Assembly: GCA_965221955.1 (NCBI GenBank)
Contig: CBDCTA010000002.1
Location: forward strand, 128,001-192,000
Origin: Gammaproteobacteria bacterium
Lineage (GTDB): Bacteria > Pseudomonadota > Gammaproteobacteria > UBA4575
Length of the DNA: 64,000 nt
Reading direction: 5' to 3'
A model generated the notes under the pieces. That model was given only the letters and a program-made list of their open reading frames with translations, searched no databases and was not told the DNA's origin. The translations under genes were made by a program, and so were the position numbers. Shown here in pieces: positions 44,494 through 53,744 of the stretch (position 1 is the first letter of the stretch; each line of letters begins with the position of its first letter).

Positions 44494-45084
44494 ATGTTGA
44501 CTGAACGCGAACAGACCACTCTACAATTCATTCAAGATTATATTGCTAAGCACCGTAAAGCACCGTTGTTAACGGAAATTGCTGCGGGCTTAGGTATTCA
44601 GTCAAAAGGCGTTGTACACCGGTATTTATCTACTTTAGAAGAACAGGGTTATATACGCCGGCATCAAAAGCATCGTGGCATCGAATTAGAAGGCCATCCT
44701 GATTGCGATGAACTACCACTATTAGGACGCATTGCTGCCGGTAAACCCATTGAGGCGATTGAAAATCGTGAGCTGATTAACTTTGCAAACTTATTAGGTG
44801 GCCCCAACCGTTATGTATTGCAAGTAAAAGGCCATTCAATGATTGACGAAGGCATTCGCAATGGTGACCTTGTAGTAATTGAACAAGCGAGTACTGCGCG
44901 TAGTAACCAAATTGTTGTAGCACTCATTGATGGTGAAAATGCGACCTTAAAAAGAATTAAATTTCCAAGTCGAGATGTTATTCGTTTAATTCCTGCGAAT
45001 AAAACTATGCAACCTAAAGAATATTCAGCTGACCGTGTGACCATACAAGGTGTGTTAGTTGGGCAAGTCAGAATGTATGAATAG
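44494..45084 (+). CDS. lexA: LexA repressor (S24 peptidase)
   Basis: Winged HTH, GRIAAG cleavage site, catalytic Ser in GHSMI, Lys in ATLKR; RBS GGAG before ATG 44494. Confidence 0.93.
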   Translation: MLTEREQTTLQFIQDYIAKHRKAPLLTEIAAGLGIQSKGVVHRYLSTLEEQGYIRRHQKHRGIELEGHPDCDELPLLGRIAAGKPIEAIENRELINFANLLGGPNRYVLQVKGHSMIDEGIRNGDLVVIEQASTARSNQIVVALIDGENATLKRIKFPSRDVIRLIPANKTMQPKEYSADRVTIQGVLVGQVRMYE

Positions 45085-46370
45085 TGTATGAAGCTGAATT
45101 CTCAACACTGAAGCCTTCAGGGCTGAAATCTTCTGGATCTAAATCCCCTAGATCTAAATTATGGTCTCGAGCAATTGTATTCGTCGATATGGATGCTTTT
45201 TTTGCCAGTATCGAACAGCATGTGCGTCCTGAATTAAAAGGTAAGCCCATTGGTATCACGAATGGTCTTACTGGCACATGTTTTATTACTTGTTCCTATG
45301 AAGCCAGACAGTACGGAATAAAAACGGGTATGCGTCTTAAGCAGGCGCGCCAGTTATGTCCGCATGTGCAGCAAATACCTGCAAGAGCGGAGCTGTACGC
45401 AAAAGTATCTACAAAAATAATGTCTGCTTTGCAAGGTGTTACTCCTGATATAGAAGTATTTTCAGTAGATGAAGCCTTTCTTGATATTACTCATTGCCAA
45501 GGTATCTATAAAAATCCTCTGCACGCTGGAGAACTGGCCAGAAAAATTGTTAAAGAAGTAGGTGGAGTAAGCTGTAGTGTAGGTATTAGTGGTGATAAAA
45601 CGACTGCAAAACATGCGGCTAAAGTAGTAAAACCTAATGGTTTATTAATGGTGCCACCTTGGCAAGCACGCGAGCACTTGCGAAATGTACCCGTAACCGA
45701 GCTATCTGGAATTGCTGGCGGTATTGGAGAGTTTCTTAATGATAGAGAAGTTTATGTCTGTGGCGACATGATCAAGTTGCCTATAGGTGAACTTGCCAAA
45801 CGTTATGGAAATATAGGTCGTCGTATTTGGTATATGGCGCAAGGCTTGGATCCAGAACTACTAAATAAAACGGTAGCAGCACCAAAATCGATTGGGCATG
45901 GAAAAATTATGCCGCCTAATACTAGAAGTCTTAAAGTGTTAAAAACTTATTTACATCATATGAGTGAAAAAGTTGCAGCGCGTTTACGTAAACATGCACT
46001 TGAAGCGCGAGTTTTTTTTATCGGGTTTCGTACTGATTATGGCTGGCTTGCGAATAAGTTCCAAACGGAAGAACCTACAGATGATGGAAAGAAAATTAGA
46101 GTGTTAGCTAAAAGGTTGTTAGATGCTTGGAGCGGTGAAGGGGTATTTCAAGTGCAAATTACTGCGATTGAATTACGTCCACGTGGCAACCAATTGTCAT
46201 TTTTTGATGTGGTGGATGAACAACGTCAGTGTTTGAATCGTGCTATGGATGAAATTAATGAACGCTTTGGTGAGTTTGCGTTGGCACCAGCTACTTTATT
46301 AAAACGTTCTGATATGCCAAATGTGATTGCACCATCATGGAAGCCAGTCGGACATCGTAGGACAGTATAA
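45084..46370 (+). CDS. dinB: Y-family DNA polymerase (DinB/Pol IV-like)
   Basis: VDMDAFFASIE, CSYEAR, SVDEAFLD, KPNG, clamp motif QLSFF; coupled to lexA. Confidence 0.9.
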   Translation: MYEAEFSTLKPSGLKSSGSKSPRSKLWSRAIVFVDMDAFFASIEQHVRPELKGKPIGITNGLTGTCFITCSYEARQYGIKTGMRLKQARQLCPHVQQIPARAELYAKVSTKIMSALQGVTPDIEVFSVDEAFLDITHCQGIYKNPLHAGELARKIVKEVGGVSCSVGISGDKTTAKHAAKVVKPNGLLMVPPWQAREHLRNVPVTELSGIAGGIGEFLNDREVYVCGDMIKLPIGELAKRYGNIGRRIWYMAQGLDPELLNKTVAAPKSIGHGKIMPPNTRSLKVLKTYLHHMSEKVAARLRKHALEARVFFIGFRTDYGWLANKFQTEEPTDDGKKIRVLAKRLLDAWSGEGVFQVQITAIELRPRGNQLSFFDVVDEQRQCLNRAMDEINERFGEFALAPATLLKRSDMPNVIAPSWKPVGHRRTV

Positions 46371-46566
46371 GCAAACTTGTTTGGCTTTAGATGAATCCGG
46401 GACACAGAAAGACAGTATGAGCAGGGTTTATTCGAAGTTAACCCGACAGAGCATCGTAGGACAGTATGAGCAAGTTTTTAAATTCAAAGTTGGCCCATGT
46501 ACGTAAAACGGTATAAGTGCTTTGTTTGGTTTTAGATGAACCCAGGAGATTGAAGAACAATGTGAA
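46351..46566 (+). repeat. Degenerate ~49-bp tandem array reiterating the dinB 3' end (5 cores, the first being the gene end itself)
   Basis: Cores GACAGTATAA (46361), GACAGTATGA (46411), GACAGTATGA (46460), AACGGTATAA (46507), AACAATGTGA (46556). Confidence 0.75.
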
Positions 46567-46576
46567 GTAGATCACA
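46561..46576. promoter_or_regulatory. CRP/Vfr-type binding site
   Basis: TGTGA-AGTAGA-TCACA. Confidence 0.55.
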
Positions 46577-46722
46577 AACGCGTTCACTAAAATCATAAAA
46601 TTTGTAAATAAAAGCTATAAAATGCACCTAAAATCCGTAAGTTATGACCAATCATCATGGATTAACAGCCATTGAGGATTAAATCTAAGGTTTTCAAATA
46701 ACACGCCGATACAATGAGTTAC

Positions 46723-46780
46723 AGCTATACAGGATTAGTATAGCTAAGTTATAGGATATAACTAACGTATTGAAAAGGAG
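46723..46780 (+). promoter_or_regulatory. Putative CsrA-binding leader (GGA in hairpin loops and in the RBS)
   Basis: AGCTATAC-AGGATTA-GTATAGCT, AGTTATA-GGA-TATAACT, AAGGAG. Confidence 0.6.
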
Positions 46781-46785
46781 CATTC

Positions 46786-46986
46786 ATGCTGTCATACAGA
46801 AGTATTCAAAGGCTATACAAGCCTTCTCGATTGCAGAAGTTCCCTGCAGTTAAAAAACTGCGTTCATTAAATAATCATCAAAGTTTTTCTGAAAACGCTG
46901 TGAATGATGCTCATTTAACCCGTGATCAAGTTTTAGAAATTTATGACTGGATCTCGCAGTTGAGTTCGAAATCTAACAGTGCATGA
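46786..46986 (+). CDS. Small hypothetical protein
   Basis: 66 aa, strong RBS AAGGAG. Confidence 0.6.
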   Translation: MLSYRSIQRLYKPSRLQKFPAVKKLRSLNNHQSFSENAVNDAHLTRDQVLEIYDWISQLSSKSNSA

Positions 46987-47039
46987 GTAACTTGATGGAA
47001 TTTGGTTTAGTTAATTAAGCAACTAGAAAGGGAAATATA

Positions 47040-47138
47040 ATGGAAGTTACACACACTATTCTTATTTTTGATGCTATTGCTTTAGTGGGAATTATGGTTG
47101 CTAGTACTGTGTACTTATACAAACATAAACTTCACTAA
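47040..47138 (+). CDS. 32-aa single-TM small protein (below the ORF-track cutoff)
   Basis: MEVTHTILIFDAIALVGIMVASTVYLYKHKLH*, purine-rich RBS AAAGGGAA, terminator downstream. Confidence 0.6.
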   Translation: MEVTHTILIFDAIALVGIMVASTVYLYKHKLH

Positions 47139-47187
47139 AAAGTATTACCGAGTCCAACTCCATGCGTATCTAACTACGCATTTAGAT

Positions 47188-47221
47188 AAAAGCCTCCGGC
47201 TCGTTTCCGGAGGCTTTTTTT
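47188..47221. terminator. Bidirectional intrinsic terminator
   Basis: AAAAGCCTCCGG-CTCGTTT-CCGGAGGCTTTTTTT between convergent genes. Confidence 0.85.
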
Positions 47222-47265
47222 ATTCTTAATAAGATTAGATCGTATTTGTCTGAAAATAATCTGAA

Positions 47266-47757
47266 TTATTTCTCAGAGCTGAATGCAGAGCATTTAAGTG
47301 TGTTAATTAATGCCTGACGAAACTCACTTGTTTTATCGCTACCAATTTTTTCGTGTACGCAGTCAATTAGCTTTTCGCTAAATTTAATTCCGTCTTTAGC
47401 AACATTTTCGCCCTTAGGAGTTAGTTTTAAATTCACTACTCTACGGTCTTGCTTGCTGTGTTCTCTTTGCACTAAACCCTTTGTTTCTAGTAATTCTAAC
47501 TGTCTACTGATAGTACCAGAATCTGTGAAGGTTGCTGCTGAAACTTTTGCAGGAGTGACTGCAAGTTCGAGATAGATAGACTTTAAGATGCGCCACTGTT
47601 GATAGTTGACTTGATGCTTCTTTAAGTAACTAGTCGTCTTTTTTCTTGCAATACAATATATGGTTTCTATGTAGGTAATGATGTCTGCGTTATTTTTAGA
47701 ATTATTATTTTCAAGAACGCGCTTAGTGAAATCATTTTCTTCTTCTGTAATGTTCAT
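47266..47757 (-). CDS. MarR family transcriptional regulator
   Basis: QQWRIL, TISRQLELLETKGLVQR...DRR...LTPKG. Confidence 0.9.
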   Translation of the reverse strand: MNITEEENDFTKRVLENNNSKNNADIITYIETIYCIARKKTTSYLKKHQVNYQQWRILKSIYLELAVTPAKVSAATFTDSGTISRQLELLETKGLVQREHSKQDRRVVNLKLTPKGENVAKDGIKFSEKLIDCVHEKIGSDKTSEFRQALINTLKCSAFSSEK

Positions 47758-48364
47758 AAATCTCTCAAATGTAGTAGTAAAAACTTCCTATTTTTACCAA
47801 CCTATCAAGCTAACAACCCCACGCTAGTCTATGCTAGCTTTATGGTGCGAATGGTTGTCACTCAACAATTATATAACGATACAGTAGACTTTATGATTGC
47901 TAAAAATTGTGAGCTACTTAACAAAATTTAAGTGTAAGAATTTTAATTATGAGTTCTAGTCATCAGATTAATTAGGCGATCTAATATAAAGCGCAAATAA
48001 AGTGTGCAATTGAAGTCATCTGTATTACCAGAATACTGTATCCGATATAGCTGCTATAAATGTAATTGATAAATACAGTATTTATTAATTTCATAAGTAC
48101 TTGTTATGAAGCTTTGAAAGTTTGAGTAGTAGTAACAAAAGTTGAGTGTTCAACAGCAGTAATTAGCTATAACAGTCATATTTTATAGAGCAAATTAAGA
48201 ATACATATGAAGAGTGGTTGGGAGCTTTATGAAGCGAATATATGTTTTTACTGCATTACCCTCTGTCACGTCATATGCCTCGTTCAGTCAGATTGGGATT
48301 CACACACCTTAATATTACTCAATACCATATAGCCAATAATGCTAGAAAATTTAGAGGTTTATTC

Positions 48365-48598
48365 ATGAGTTATTTTGGCGAAAGCACCTTGGAACATAAG
48401 GTTCTTAAATATATGGAAGGTATTAGAACTTCAAATGATCTTAAGGATTTCGAGATTATTCGAATCATGAATAAAGTGGTTGATTACTACCGTGACAGCC
48501 TCGTATATGAATTTAATGAAGAAGAAGCGAATACTATTTTGCAAGAGGCAAGCGACACCAGTATTCGTGAGCAACAAAAGCATTCCTCAGATAGCTAA
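48365..48598 (+). CDS. Hypothetical protein
   Basis: ATG 48365 with RBS AGAGGT, within ORF 48242-48598. Confidence 0.5.
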   Translation: MSYFGESTLEHKVLKYMEGIRTSNDLKDFEIIRIMNKVVDYYRDSLVYEFNEEEANTILQEASDTSIREQQKHSSDS

Positions 48599-48877
48599 TC
48601 GAGCACTTATATCTTCATACATACATAAATGCTCCTGTACAGAGTTTGTATTTAAGCACAGACTCATCAAAATTCGTTTTAGACAAGATAACCTTATATA
48701 TATCAGTAGCTTAATCTTCTAGGGCAATACCTAGAAGTATTGCTTAGTGCTTTTAATTTCCTTAAACCATCAGTCTGATACGTACTGTACAGATATTTTT
48801 ATGATTTTTATTTATTTTGTACATTATGTGTATAGGTGTATGTCTATACATATTGAATTTCAAAATTATCAAGATGA

Positions 48878-49873
48878 GTGAAAATTATGGATGGTCAGAT
48901 AAGTAGTTATAAAATTGGAGCCGTTTCAAGAATCACTGGAATAGGAGCAGAAACGTTGCGCGCTTGGGAGCGTCGTTACAACGCTGTAATTCCATCACGT
49001 ACAGATTCGGGTGATCGTAATTATTCACGCGAAGATGTCGCAAAATTGCTATTGCTTAAATCACTTGTAGATGCAGGTATTTCTATCGGCACGATTGCGA
49101 ATTTGAATACGGAACAACTTAAGGCGCGGTTTGAAGCAGACGCGAATATTATAGATGAATTCAATCGCACAAATGCTAAAGAAAGTTCTCCTAATACAAA
49201 ACCCAGTCACGTTGCATTATTAGGCGATAGCATTCCAATTAGAGTACTAGATGGACTTCCAGAAGTATCGGGAATAAAAATTGTTGGTATTTATGACACG
49301 CTTGATGATCTAGAAAAAAATATTGAGAATTCGACTCAACCAGAAGTGGTCGTGGTTGAAAGACCAACCATCAATCAACATACTCTTGCAGAAATTCAAA
49401 AAATTCGTGAAGTAAGTGGTGCTTGGCACATTATTCTTATTTATGGATTTAGTTCTCAAGATCATATTGAACGCATTCAATCATCACAAACGACTGTAGT
49501 ACGTTCTTCAGTTGATGTACAAGAGCTAGCGCGCTTATGTATCTATCATTCAGGTGGAAGTGAGAAACTTCCAGGTTTAGAAACTGGCTCAACTCTACAT
49601 TTTGAGCAAACAATACCGGCAAGAATTTTTAGTAATAAATATTTATCTGAGCTTGCAAAACAATCGAGCACTATCAAGTGCGAATGCCCAAAGCATGTAA
49701 CAGAATTAGTGCGTAGTTTGGTCGCGTTTGAAGTATATAGTGCTGAATGTGAAAATGAAAACCGCCAAGATGCAGCCTTACATTCTTACTTGCATGCTAC
49801 TACGGCACAAGCGCGTTCGATGTTAGAAGAAGCTTTGATTCACTTAATGCGTGTGGAAGGTATTTCAGTTTAA
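48878..49873 (+). CDS. MerR-family regulator with C-terminal CECPxH domain
   Basis: YKIGAVSRITG...TLRAWERRY...PSRTDSGDRNY (CarH/LitR-like HTH); CECPKH...YSAEC...LH. Confidence 0.88.
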   Translation: MKIMDGQISSYKIGAVSRITGIGAETLRAWERRYNAVIPSRTDSGDRNYSREDVAKLLLLKSLVDAGISIGTIANLNTEQLKARFEADANIIDEFNRTNAKESSPNTKPSHVALLGDSIPIRVLDGLPEVSGIKIVGIYDTLDDLEKNIENSTQPEVVVVERPTINQHTLAEIQKIREVSGAWHIILIYGFSSQDHIERIQSSQTTVVRSSVDVQELARLCIYHSGGSEKLPGLETGSTLHFEQTIPARIFSNKYLSELAKQSSTIKCECPKHVTELVRSLVAFEVYSAECENENRQDAALHSYLHATTAQARSMLEEALIHLMRVEGISV

Positions 49874-49883
49874 TAAAGTTACA

Positions 49884-51335
49884 TTACTTTATCTTATTAT
49901 ATGCTGCTAAAGCAGCCTCCCGGCTTGTTTTAAGATCCACGATTGGTTTTGGATAATCTTTGCCTAAGACGATGCCATATTGTTTCAAAATCTTTGTAGA
50001 GGTTTCCCACGGAGCATGGATTATATTCGAGGGTAGCTTATTTAATTCAGGAACCCATTTGCGAATATAAATACCTTCTCTATCAAACTTTTTACTTTGT
50101 AATACAGGATTAAAAATTCGGTAATAGGGTGCGGCATCAGCTCCGCAGCCAGCAATCCACTGCCAACCAAGTGTGTTATTAGCTAAATCTGCATCTACTA
50201 ATGTGTCCCAAAACCACTGGCTTCCCATTTGCCAAGGTATGAGTAAGTTTTTGGTTAAGAATGAGCCTACAACCATGCGTACTCGATTATGCATCCAGCC
50301 GGTATGCCAAAGTTCTCTCATGCCCGCATCAACTAATGGAATACCGGTTTCACCATTTTGCCAAGCATGTAATTGTTTTGCATAACGCTTGCTCCATGGG
50401 AAACGTGAAAATTTATGATTTAACGCTACATCCACCGTGTGAGGGAAATGAAATAATAAATGATAAGCAAATTCTCGCCATGCAAGTTCTCTTATATATG
50501 AATTTGCCTGAGAAATGAGTTGTTTGTCATTATTATGTTTTTGTAGATATTTATGTATAGCATTAACAATTTGTCGGCTACTGATTTCACCAAAATGTAA
50601 GAAAGGTGAAACTTTAGAAGTAATTTTTTCTGCTGGTATATCGCGACCTTCTTCGTAGTGATTTAAACCTGATTTCAAGAATTTCTTAAAATTTTTCTGG
50701 GCACCTTGTTCTCCAGGTTGCCAAGTTTGATAAAAATTTTCATCCCATTTAACAGAGGGTAAAAGTTCTAAAGAGTCAATCTTGAAAATTGGGAAAACGG
50801 ATTTTATATTTAATTTTTTTGGAAATGTTTTGATATTTTTTTCTAATTTAAAGTCTAGCCCATTTTTTTGAATCATTTTCCAGTACGGAGTAAATACGCG
50901 ATAGGGGGTTCCGTCATTTTTTAGAATATCCCAGGGCTCGTATAATAGACTAGCATTAAAACTTTTTGCTTTAATACTAGTATTCTTAAGAGAATTTTTT
51001 ATCTTTTTATCTCTTTCAATGCCATCGGGCTCATAAATTCGATTCCAAAAAACTTGAGATATACGAAGTTTCTTACATATTTCTAATAAAACCTTTTTGG
51101 GTTCGCCCATAATAATCTGTAATTCGGAGTCTTGTTTGCGCAAATCATTTTGCAAAGCAATTAAACTATGGTGTAACCACCATTTGCTTGCACTGCCCAT
51201 TGACCATGAAGCTTTTTCTTTGGGGTTATGTATGTATAACAATGCTAATTGATCACAACTTGAGACAGCAGCATTTAATGCAGGATTGTCTTTTAAACGT
51301 AGATCAGAACGAAACCAAAATAAACCACGGTGCAT
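49884..51335 (-). CDS. phrB: Deoxyribodipyrimidine photolyase (class I/III CPD)
   Basis: WFRSDLRLKDNPAL, SPFLHFGEIS, WREF, GWMHNRVRM, GWQWIAG, RIFNP. Confidence 0.95.
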   Translation of the reverse strand: MHRGLFWFRSDLRLKDNPALNAAVSSCDQLALLYIHNPKEKASWSMGSASKWWLHHSLIALQNDLRKQDSELQIIMGEPKKVLLEICKKLRISQVFWNRIYEPDGIERDKKIKNSLKNTSIKAKSFNASLLYEPWDILKNDGTPYRVFTPYWKMIQKNGLDFKLEKNIKTFPKKLNIKSVFPIFKIDSLELLPSVKWDENFYQTWQPGEQGAQKNFKKFLKSGLNHYEEGRDIPAEKITSKVSPFLHFGEISSRQIVNAIHKYLQKHNNDKQLISQANSYIRELAWREFAYHLLFHFPHTVDVALNHKFSRFPWSKRYAKQLHAWQNGETGIPLVDAGMRELWHTGWMHNRVRMVVGSFLTKNLLIPWQMGSQWFWDTLVDADLANNTLGWQWIAGCGADAAPYYRIFNPVLQSKKFDREGIYIRKWVPELNKLPSNIIHAPWETSTKILKQYGIVLGKDYPKPIVDLKTSREAALAAYNKIK

Positions 51336-51412
51336 CGAAGTATTAAATCATGTTTTTTAATATAGGATAAATAGCAGAAATCTAAGTACGACTGGTGTCC
51401 AGTACGTGCTAA

Positions 51413-51901
51413 CTAAAGCTTGCTTAAGGAGCTGCGTAAGGAGGCTGCTGCACTGGTTGCTGTTAGTATGGCAAATCTTGCAATGGTTAGTTTAGGTAGT
51501 AACAAACAAGAAACTGCTCCCGCAGCTGCGCCATAAAAAGCTCGTTTCACTTGTATGCTTTCTATCGGCAGTCCATGTGCATAGCGAACAAAATGCTCAC
51601 AATTAAAAGTAAATAATTCATAACGAACATCTTTGTCTATGCAAGTTCGCGCACGAGCTAGAACGGCTTGTTTGGGAAGTTTTCCATGGATAAAGCTTTT
51701 TTTGATACTTTTATCACCCACTACGACATGCCATGGCTCTTCTTCAACTTTTCCAGTTCGATAGGATAGGGAAATCAGCTTGGGTAGATGGTTAGTCTTA
51801 TCGAGACGATCGCTTACAATAGCAAAATGTTTGTACATAGGATAACAAACAGCGATCACTGTGCCTGGAACTAGTTCATAAGGGTTGGAGTCGAAATCCA
51901 T
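51413..51901 (-). CDS. LRAT-like (permuted NlpC/P60) protein
   Basis: YKHFAI His motif, YELFTFNCEHF, hydrophobic C-terminal tail. Confidence 0.8.
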   Translation of the reverse strand: MDFDSNPYELVPGTVIAVCYPMYKHFAIVSDRLDKTNHLPKLISLSYRTGKVEEEPWHVVVGDKSIKKSFIHGKLPKQAVLARARTCIDKDVRYELFTFNCEHFVRYAHGLPIESIQVKRAFYGAAAGAVSCLLLPKLTIARFAILTATSAAASLRSSLSKL

Positions 51902-52008
51902 GTTGATAAAGTTTTCTTACTTTTCTCTAAGACTATGAATGATACATAAAGTTTCGTCAGTTTAGTTAGTATATTTTTTGTAAATGTTATACTCTCGTCA
52001 ACAATTAA

Positions 52009-52662
52009 TTGGGCCTTAACAATATGATTAAGATTCTAAGCTACTTTTGTTTATTATTTTATATAAGTGCTTGCTCGCAAGCCTATTATGGTGCATTAGA
52101 GAAAGTTGGTATTCATAAACGTGACATCATGGTGGATCGTGTTGAGGATGCTAAGCAGTCTCAAGAAGAAGCTCGTGATCAATTTCAGTCTGCATTAGAA
52201 GAATTTAGCTCAGTTGCTAATTTTCAAGGTGGTGATTTAGAGGATACGTATAAAAAACTTAACAATGAACTACAGAAAAGCGAAGCAAAAGCAGAGGATG
52301 TAAAGAATAGAATCGATAGCGTAGAAGATGTATCTATCGCTTTGTTTAAAGAATGGGAACAAGAGTTAGAGCAGTATGAGAACCAAAAATTGCGCAAGCA
52401 AAGTGAACAACAGCTTAATGATACAAAAATACGATATCAGCAATTAATGGCAGCAATGCGCCTGGCTGAGTCGCGTATTGAACCCGTGTTGAAACCTTTC
52501 AGAGACCAAGTGTTGTTTTTAAAACATAATTTGAACGCTAAAGCGATTGCATCACTTAGAGGTGAGTTGGTACAAGTGGAGTCCGATACCGATAAATTGA
52601 TTAAGGAACTAGAAGCGTCAATAGCTGAAGCAGATCGTTTTATACAAGAAACGGGTATTTAG
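52009..52662 (+). CDS. DUF2959 family lipoprotein
   Basis: SACSQAYY...EKVGIHKRDIMVDRVE, FLKHNLNAKAI. Confidence 0.85.
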   Translation: MGLNNMIKILSYFCLLFYISACSQAYYGALEKVGIHKRDIMVDRVEDAKQSQEEARDQFQSALEEFSSVANFQGGDLEDTYKKLNNELQKSEAKAEDVKNRIDSVEDVSIALFKEWEQELEQYENQKLRKQSEQQLNDTKIRYQQLMAAMRLAESRIEPVLKPFRDQVLFLKHNLNAKAIASLRGELVQVESDTDKLIKELEASIAEADRFIQETGI

Positions 52663-52847
52663 CAGTAATTAGAAAAAACATAAATTATTTTTATAACCTA
52701 GCTAAGTATTTGGGTTGATACTTATTTATCTACTTTCCTTTTATTCCATTATATAGCCCATCCATCTTCAGGGTTTAAATTTATGGTTTAGTCGCTTGAT
52801 ATAGTCCAGACCCATTTCATGTCTATTTCACACCTGGGGGAACAATT

Positions 52848-53711
52848 GTGAAAGCGACTTGTGCTTTGTTTAAAGCAATTTCAATCAAACTATACTTCTT
52901 TTTTGTACTGCAGATATTTCTTAGTACTGTATCGAGTGCTATTGCGGCTGAAGAGTTGTTTTCAAAAATGATTGAAAATAATAATATTGTGATTGAACAA
53001 TGTGTAACAGAGGTTAATAGGGTTGCTGAAGATGAGTTTGATACTGCTACACGCTTGTATCAAACAGGTGTTTGCTATTTTTGTGCTGATTGTGATTTTG
53101 AAACGGACAAAGGTGAACTATTCACATCTTTTGAAGCAAATCAATTAATTTTGCAAGAAAACTATGAAACTGCATATAAGTTAATTTCTCAAGCTGCTGG
53201 TTTGGGGTATCCGCAAGCCTATTATGGCTTAGCAGTATTATTGTATGTGGAAGGACTAAGCAACAAACGTCAAACACATGTAGCCATTATTGAAAATAAA
53301 ACTAGGCAGCTAAGTAGCACTGCAAAGCAAGAGAGATTGAAGAAGAAAGAAACTCAGAATTCAATCGAGGAAATTGTCAATCAGATAGCCGAAAAACAAA
53401 GTAGTAGAGGTTTTTCATCTGAAATTCATAAACATATGTTAGTGGCTGCTAAGCAAGGTTATGTCCCTGCACAGTTTGCACTGAGCGAGATCTACTTTAA
53501 TGGCATAGGAGTGGTTCCTGATGAGGTGCAAGCTTATGCATGGGCTGCAACTGCAGTAGCGCAGAATCCGCCTTTTGGTAGTTTGCGGCGAGATGAAAAA
53601 GCAGCAAACTTAGATGAAGTTGAGTTAAGTGAAGCAGATGCAATTGCTGAAGAGTATATGAAAAAACATACTGCTATTTTTGATAGCTCTTCAGTAACTG
53701 TTATGCGCTAG
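52848..53711 (+). CDS. Exported Sel1-repeat protein
   Basis: Signal peptide; AAGLGYPQAYYGLA, AAKQGYVPAQFALSEIYFNGIGV...AYAW. Confidence 0.8.
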   Translation: MKATCALFKAISIKLYFFFVLQIFLSTVSSAIAAEELFSKMIENNNIVIEQCVTEVNRVAEDEFDTATRLYQTGVCYFCADCDFETDKGELFTSFEANQLILQENYETAYKLISQAAGLGYPQAYYGLAVLLYVEGLSNKRQTHVAIIENKTRQLSSTAKQERLKKKETQNSIEEIVNQIAEKQSSRGFSSEIHKHMLVAAKQGYVPAQFALSEIYFNGIGVVPDEVQAYAWAATAVAQNPPFGSLRRDEKAANLDEVELSEADAIAEEYMKKHTAIFDSSSVTVMR

Positions 53712-53744
53712 TCGATAAGCGAGAAATTTCTAAAAAATCGCGTA

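Noticed and set aside
46351-46566. Possible CRISPR array
   Set aside because: Repeat cores are short and degenerate, the spacers resemble each other, the unit derives from the dinB 3' end, and there are no cas genes
48030-48085. AATACTGTAT...ATACAGTATT as an E. coli-type SOS box
   Set aside because: Half-sites are about 30 bp apart, not 8
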